Shown here: in pieces, positions 59,626 to 64,000 of the stretch
Layout: each line of letters begins with the position of its first letter
Position numbering within the stretch: the stretch's first letter is position 1
Assembly: GCA_963845245.1 (NCBI GenBank)
Contig: CAWJRJ010000030.1
Location: 1-64,000, forward strand
Length of the DNA stretch: 64,000 nt
DNA from: Nitrospirota bacterium
GTDB lineage: Bacteria; Nitrospirota; JACRHJ01
Direction: 5' to 3'
The notes under the pieces: model-generated
The model's database searches: none
What the model was told of the DNA's origin: nothing
Seen by the model: the letters and a program-made list of their open reading frames with translations, nothing else
Translations under genes and position numbers: made by a program

Positions 59626-59856
59626 TTATACCTGTCCGGCTATATAATCAATCGCGTTCTGGACGGTCGCTATCTTCTCGGCGTCCTCCTCCGGGATCTC
59701 GATGCCGAACTCTTCCTCGAAGGCCATTATGAGCTCAACGGTATCAAGGGAGTCTGCGCCGAGGTCTTCGATGAAAGAAGCCTCGGAAGTAACCTCGTCC
59801 TCCTCCACACCCAGCTGCTCCGCTATTATTTTCTTTACTTTGACATCAACAGACAT
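59626..59856 (-). CDS. acpP: acyl carrier protein
   Basis: [12 protein letters not shown] motif. Confidence 0.97.
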   Translation of the reverse strand: MSVDVKVKKIIAEQLGVEEDEVTSEASFIEDLGADSLDTVELIMAFEEEFGIEIPEEDAEKIATVQNAIDYIAGQV

Positions 59857-59906
59857 TTTATACACCTCCGATAGATTTTATTGACTTTTATTTCGTGATA
59901 TTCGTA

Positions 59907-60647
59907 CTACATGTACATCCCGCCATTAACGTGCAGGACCTGACCGGTAATGTATGACGCCCCGTCCGACGCCAGGAACTTCACGGCGCCTGCAATGTCT
60001 TCGGAAGTCCCAAGACGGCTCAGTGGGATCTGCTTCATCAGATCATCCCTTACTTTCTCAGGCAGAGCCTGGGTCATCGCTGTATCGATGAAACCGGGGG
60101 CCACTGCGTTCGAAGTTATATTCCTGGAGGCGTACTCACGGGCTATCGTTTTGGTAAGACCTATGAGGCCCGCCTTTGAGGCCACATAGTTGGCTTGTCC
60201 CGCATTGCCCATCGCGCCCACTATGGATGCTATGTTTATGATCCTGCCCGTACGCGCCTTGGACATGTGCTTCAAGGCGGCCTTGGCGCAGTTAAACGAT
60301 CCCTTGAGGTTGACGTCTAAGACAAGGTCCCAGTCTTCCTCTTTCATGCGCATTATAAGGTTGTCACGGGTAATGCCTGCGTTGTTCACAAGTATGTCGA
60401 TTTTGCCCAGTTTGGCGACGGCCTCGTCCACCATTGCGACCGCTGAAGCCCCGTCGGCGACGTTTCCGCCTATGGCGAATGACTTCACCCCGAGTGCAGC
60501 AATCTCCAGTGCCGTCTCGTTGGCTTTCTCAAGGTTGACGTCCGATACGGCGACATCAGCCCCAGCCTTTGCGAGGGCCAGGGCAATCGCTTTGCCTATC
60601 CCCTGGGCTCCGCCGGTGACCAGCGCTGTCTTTCCGTTCAAGTGCAT
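59907..60647 (-). CDS. fabG: 3-oxoacyl-ACP reductase
   Basis: [32 protein letters not shown]. Confidence 0.97.
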   Translation of the reverse strand: MHLNGKTALVTGGAQGIGKAIALALAKAGADVAVSDVNLEKANETALEIAALGVKSFAIGGNVADGASAVAMVDEAVAKLGKIDILVNNAGITRDNLIMRMKEEDWDLVLDVNLKGSFNCAKAALKHMSKARTGRIINIASIVGAMGNAGQANYVASKAGLIGLTKTIAREYASRNITSNAVAPGFIDTAMTQALPEKVRDDLMKQIPLSRLGTSEDIAGAVKFLASDGASYITGQVLHVNGGMYM

Positions 60648-60722
60648 CGTTCCTCCAGTGCAGACGATTATAAAAATCCAGGCTCAAATGTCAAGCTAAA
60701 TCGTACCTGTTTGCTTAAGTAT

Positions 60723-61682
60723 CTATTTTTTCGGAGAAAATTTACAACCCATGCTAAGGTAGTCCAGGGTGTTGTTCAGAGAGGTCTCATCCTCAACGTT
60801 TCTTATCTCGACTCCCTTTGTGATCCTCTTCACAAGCCCGGAAAGCACCTTGCCGGGGCCGGCCTCTACAACTACCCGCGCTCCCTCATTCACAAGGGAG
60901 TTAACGCACGCCTCCCATAGAAGCGGTGAGGTAAGCTGTTTGACAAGTGCGGCCCTGATATCCGCCGCCTTGTTTATAAACGTGCCTTCGGCATTTGCCG
61001 CAAGCGGCACATCGAGGTCCTTTATTTCGATGGCATCGAGGTCTGCCTTGAGCCTGTCAGCCGCAGGCTGCATCAGGGCGCAGTGCGAAGGCACGCTGAC
61101 AGCCAGAGGGATGACTTTTTTTGCCCCCATCGCCTGGCAGAGTTCAGAGGCCTTTTCAACCGCAGCCTTCTCTCCGGCTATGACTACCTGCCCCGGTGAG
61201 TTGTAATTGGCTGGTGCTACCACTCCAAGACTCGAAGCCTCAGTACATGCCTGCCTTATCTTTTCCGGCTCAAGCCCCAGTACGGCTGCCATCAGCCCCC
61301 TGCCCTCAGCAACTGCCTCCTGCATGTACCTGCCGCGCCTCTTTGCGAGCGATACAGCCTGAGATACAGTAAGACCGCCCGCAGCCGCGACTGCTGTAAG
61401 TTCACCGAGGCTGTGCCCCGCAACGGTGCCTGGGTTCACATGCATGGCCTTCAATACGGCGACAACCGCAAGGCTGGTGGTAAGTATTGCCGGCTGTGTA
61501 TTCTCGGTGCGGTTAAGCTCGGACTCGGGGCCTTCGAAGCAGAGCCTTGCCATGTCCACCCCGGCAGCCTCGGAAGCCTCGGCAAATACCGCCCTGGCCT
61601 CATCGAAGCCGTCATGGAGCGACTTTCCCATCCCGACGTACTGCGAGCCCTGACCGGGGAATATGAAAGCTATATCTCCCAT
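60723..61682 (-). CDS. fabD: malonyl-CoA:ACP transacylase
   Basis: FPGQGSQ, TQPAI, GHSLGE, VSVPSH, GPGKVLSGL. Confidence 0.96.
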   Translation of the reverse strand: MGDIAFIFPGQGSQYVGMGKSLHDGFDEARAVFAEASEAAGVDMARLCFEGPESELNRTENTQPAILTTSLAVVAVLKAMHVNPGTVAGHSLGELTAVAAAGGLTVSQAVSLAKRRGRYMQEAVAEGRGLMAAVLGLEPEKIRQACTEASSLGVVAPANYNSPGQVVIAGEKAAVEKASELCQAMGAKKVIPLAVSVPSHCALMQPAADRLKADLDAIEIKDLDVPLAANAEGTFINKAADIRAALVKQLTSPLLWEACVNSLVNEGARVVVEAGPGKVLSGLVKRITKGVEIRNVEDETSLNNTLDYLSMGCKFSPKK

Positions 61683-61683
61683 A

Positions 61684-62877
61684 TCAGCCCCTCGCCTGCT
61701 TTACCTTCTGGATGAGCATCGGGATTATCTCAAAGACATCGCCGACTATGCCGTAGTCTGCCACACTGAAAATGGGCGCATCCTTGTCTTTATTGATAGC
61801 TATTATAACATCCGACGACTGCATACCGGCAAGGTGCTGTATGGCGCCTGATATGCCGCAAGCAAAATATATCCTCGGGCTCACGGTCCTTCCGGTCTGG
61901 CCTATCTGGTGCGGATATGGAAGCCATCCCGCATCGACTGCCGCACGGCTTGCCCCAAGAACACCGCCGAGAGCGTCGGCAAGCTCCTTGAGAAGCGCGA
62001 ACCCCTTCTCGTTGCCCATGCCCCTGCCGCCTGCGACTATGACTTCCGCTTCGGATATGTTTATCTTGTGCCCGGCCTCTTCAATAACCTCGACCAACCT
62101 TGTCTTCGAGGTCATGGGCGACGCCGGCCCTGACTTTATAATTTCGCCGTTCCTTGACTGGTCCGCTGCGAGCCTCTTCATGACACCCGGCCTTACAGTT
62201 GCCATCTGCGGGCGATACCCGGGACACACGATCGTGGCCATTATGTTGCCGCCGAATGCCGGTCTTGTCTGGAGGAGGTTCCGCTTCTCCAGGTCGACTC
62301 CGAGCATGGTGCAATCGGCCGTAAGCCCAGTGCGTACCCTGGTCGCTACAAGAGGCACGAATGCGCGTCCGATGGACGTTGCGCCTGCAAGGATTATTTC
62401 CGGTTTATGTTTATTGACAAGATCCGACAGGGCATCCGCATAAGCGTCTTCGTGAAACTCGTTTAAGAGGGCGTCCTCGTAGAGGTAGACCTTGTCGGCG
62501 CCGGCCGCAATAAGGGCTTTGGCCTCGCCGTCAAGACCCGTGCCCATAAGGACGGCGGCAAGCTCGGTCTCAAGCGCGTCGGCAAGACGCCTGCCCTCGC
62601 CAAGCAGCTCATAGGCCACCGGCACGACCTTACCATTTCTCTGCTCCGCAAAGACCCACAACCCTTTATATGCCGTGAGGTCCACTGCATGGGCGGATTT
62701 AGGCTCCTCGGTCATCTCTATCGCGTATACCGGGCAGGTCTCGACGCATGTGCCGCAGAGGGTGCACTTCTCGGTGATGACGGCTACGTCGTCCTTCATC
62801 TCTATCGCCCCGAAGGGGCATTCGTTTACACAGGTCTCGCAACCGGTGCAAAGGTCTACTTTGACGATTATCCCCAT
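61684..62877 (-). CDS. etfA: electron transfer flavoprotein alpha with N-terminal 2x[4Fe-4S] ferredoxin domain
   Basis: CTGCETCVNECP and CTLCGTCVETCP; GLTADCT, RPAFGG, RPQMATVRP, QIGQTG, GISGAIQH. Confidence 0.94.
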   Translation of the reverse strand: MGIIVKVDLCTGCETCVNECPFGAIEMKDDVAVITEKCTLCGTCVETCPVYAIEMTEEPKSAHAVDLTAYKGLWVFAEQRNGKVVPVAYELLGEGRRLADALETELAAVLMGTGLDGEAKALIAAGADKVYLYEDALLNEFHEDAYADALSDLVNKHKPEIILAGATSIGRAFVPLVATRVRTGLTADCTMLGVDLEKRNLLQTRPAFGGNIMATIVCPGYRPQMATVRPGVMKRLAADQSRNGEIIKSGPASPMTSKTRLVEVIEEAGHKINISEAEVIVAGGRGMGNEKGFALLKELADALGGVLGASRAAVDAGWLPYPHQIGQTGRTVSPRIYFACGISGAIQHLAGMQSSDVIIAINKDKDAPIFSVADYGIVGDVFEIIPMLIQKVKQARG

Positions 62878-63662
62878 CAGACCACCTTCAGTTCCGTAAG
62901 CCGCTCGATGAGCCTGTCAACCTGCTCGTTCGGCGCGCCTTCGATAATCTCCCGCTTTCCCTTGGGTGGAGGCGTAAAGACCTTCATGACCTTCGTGGGA
63001 GAGCCGGCAAGGCCAATATTATCTGCTATGGCTCCAAGCTCTTCAGCGCTCAACGGGTTTATAACAATCCCCTTTGCCTTCATCTTGCCTTTGAGCGACG
63101 GCATCCTGGGGGTATTGATCTCCTTAACGACGGTTATGACTGCCGGGAGGCTTACTTCTACTATCTCATATCCGTCCTCTATAAGCCTCTCCACCTTCAT
63201 CCTGCCGTCTGCGACCTCGATAACCTTCCTGACGTAGGCTACGAACGGGATACCCAGGTTCTCGGCCACTCCCGGCCCGACCTGCGCAGTATCGCCGTCG
63301 ATGGCCTGCTTCCCGCAGATGACCAGGTCGATGCCTTCGACCCTTTTGAGTCCAAGCCCAAGGGTATAAGACGTGGCCCAGGTGTCGGCACCTGCGAACG
63401 CACGGTCTGAAAGGAGCATGACGTCGTCCACACCCATCGCCACGACATGCCTGAGCACTTCGGCAGCCTGGGGCGGACCCATCGTGACCGCTGTCACCTT
63501 GCCGCCGTTTTTCTCTTTGAGGCTGACCGCCTCTTCCACGGCATAGGCATCGAACGGGTTCAGGATGGACGGCACGCCTTCGCGCCTCATCGTCCCAGTC
63601 TCAGGGTCTATCTTGACCTCGGATGTATCCGGCACCTGCTTGACACAAACTGCTATGTTCAT
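62877..63662 (-). CDS. etfB: electron transfer flavoprotein beta (bifurcating-type motifs)
   Basis: CVKQVPD, NPFD, TMGPP, DRAFAGADTWAT, CGKQAIDGDTAQVGP. Confidence 0.94.
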   Translation of the reverse strand: MNIAVCVKQVPDTSEVKIDPETGTMRREGVPSILNPFDAYAVEEAVSLKEKNGGKVTAVTMGPPQAAEVLRHVVAMGVDDVMLLSDRAFAGADTWATSYTLGLGLKRVEGIDLVICGKQAIDGDTAQVGPGVAENLGIPFVAYVRKVIEVADGRMKVERLIEDGYEIVEVSLPAVITVVKEINTPRMPSLKGKMKAKGIVINPLSAEELGAIADNIGLAGSPTKVMKVFTPPPKGKREIIEGAPNEQVDRLIERLTELKVV

Positions 63663-63670
63663 AATAGTCC

Positions 63671-63752
63671 TTGTTACTTCCTTTGGAGAGAAAGTAACCA
63701 AAGAGAAACCGATTTTATTGGCACCGATGTCGGCTCTTACAAAGAAAGTACG
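63671..63752. repeat. second, more degenerate copy of the AAAGTRNCAAAG hairpin element
   Basis: GTTACTTCCT-ttggag-AGAAAGTAAC-CAAAGAGAAA...AAAGAAAGTAC resembles 30667..30759. Confidence 0.5.
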
Positions 63753-63753
63753 T

Positions 63754-64000
63754 TTATTTTCTCTTTGAAGCCGCTTCCTTGATAAGGGCAGCGCCTATGA
63801 CGTTCCTCTGTATCTGGTTCGTGCCTTCGTATATCTGAAGTATCTTTGCGTCACGCATCATCTTCTCAGCCGGGTACTCGCGCATGTAGCCGTATCCGCC
63901 CATTATCTGGACTGCATCTACGGTGACTTTCATCGCGACGTCAGACGCAAAGAGCTTGGACATGGCCGAGGCCATCGATACGTCCTTGGGGTCGGAATCG
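63754..64000 (-). CDS. acyl-CoA dehydrogenase (Bcd/CarC-like), 3' part only
   Basis: [39 protein letters not shown]. Confidence 0.93.
   Translation of the reverse strand, partial: DSDPKDVSMASAMSKLFASDVAMKVTVDAVQIMGGYGYMREYPAEKMMRDAKILQIYEGTNQIQRNVIGAALIKEAASKRK

Overview
Mostly core chromosome of a GC-rich bacterium whose gene content and order look Nitrospirota/Desulfobacterota-like (inferred, not tested). In order it carries purA(5')-serA-aminotransferase, a DUF4258/YgiT toxin-antitoxin pair, a fur-feoB-dtxR iron operon with a Fur-box palindrome, thrS-infC-rpmI-rplT, tRNA-Val, hup and an NtrC-type regulator. Next come a RAYT transposase with intragenic REPs and an IS3 remnant, leuS-lptE-holA, rpsT, two orphan histidine kinases with murJ, and a trp operon with both trpB1 and trpB2. 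The right half holds PBP1A, prmA-argS, a secreted multiheme cytochrome, GH57-ftsB-eno-pgm, lpdA-gcvH-bioD, vapBC, livFG-purNM and rnc-fabF-acpP-fabG-fabD preceded by acyl-CoA dehydrogenase/etfBA. Roughly 30 single-base frameshifts lie left of about 46 kb, many in essential genes, and are read as sequencing errors. There are four main leads: (1) a beta-helix/FN3/heptaheme cytochrome c with a possible His-to-Met ligand swap; (2) a 743-bp integrase-less vapBC mini-island bounded by two synonymously diverged copies of the livF 3' end; (3) a bifurcating-type acyl-CoA dehydrogenase/EtfAB module abutting fabD; (4) a RAYT carrying its own REP pair inside its coding sequence. No CRISPR array, rRNA or prophage was seen.
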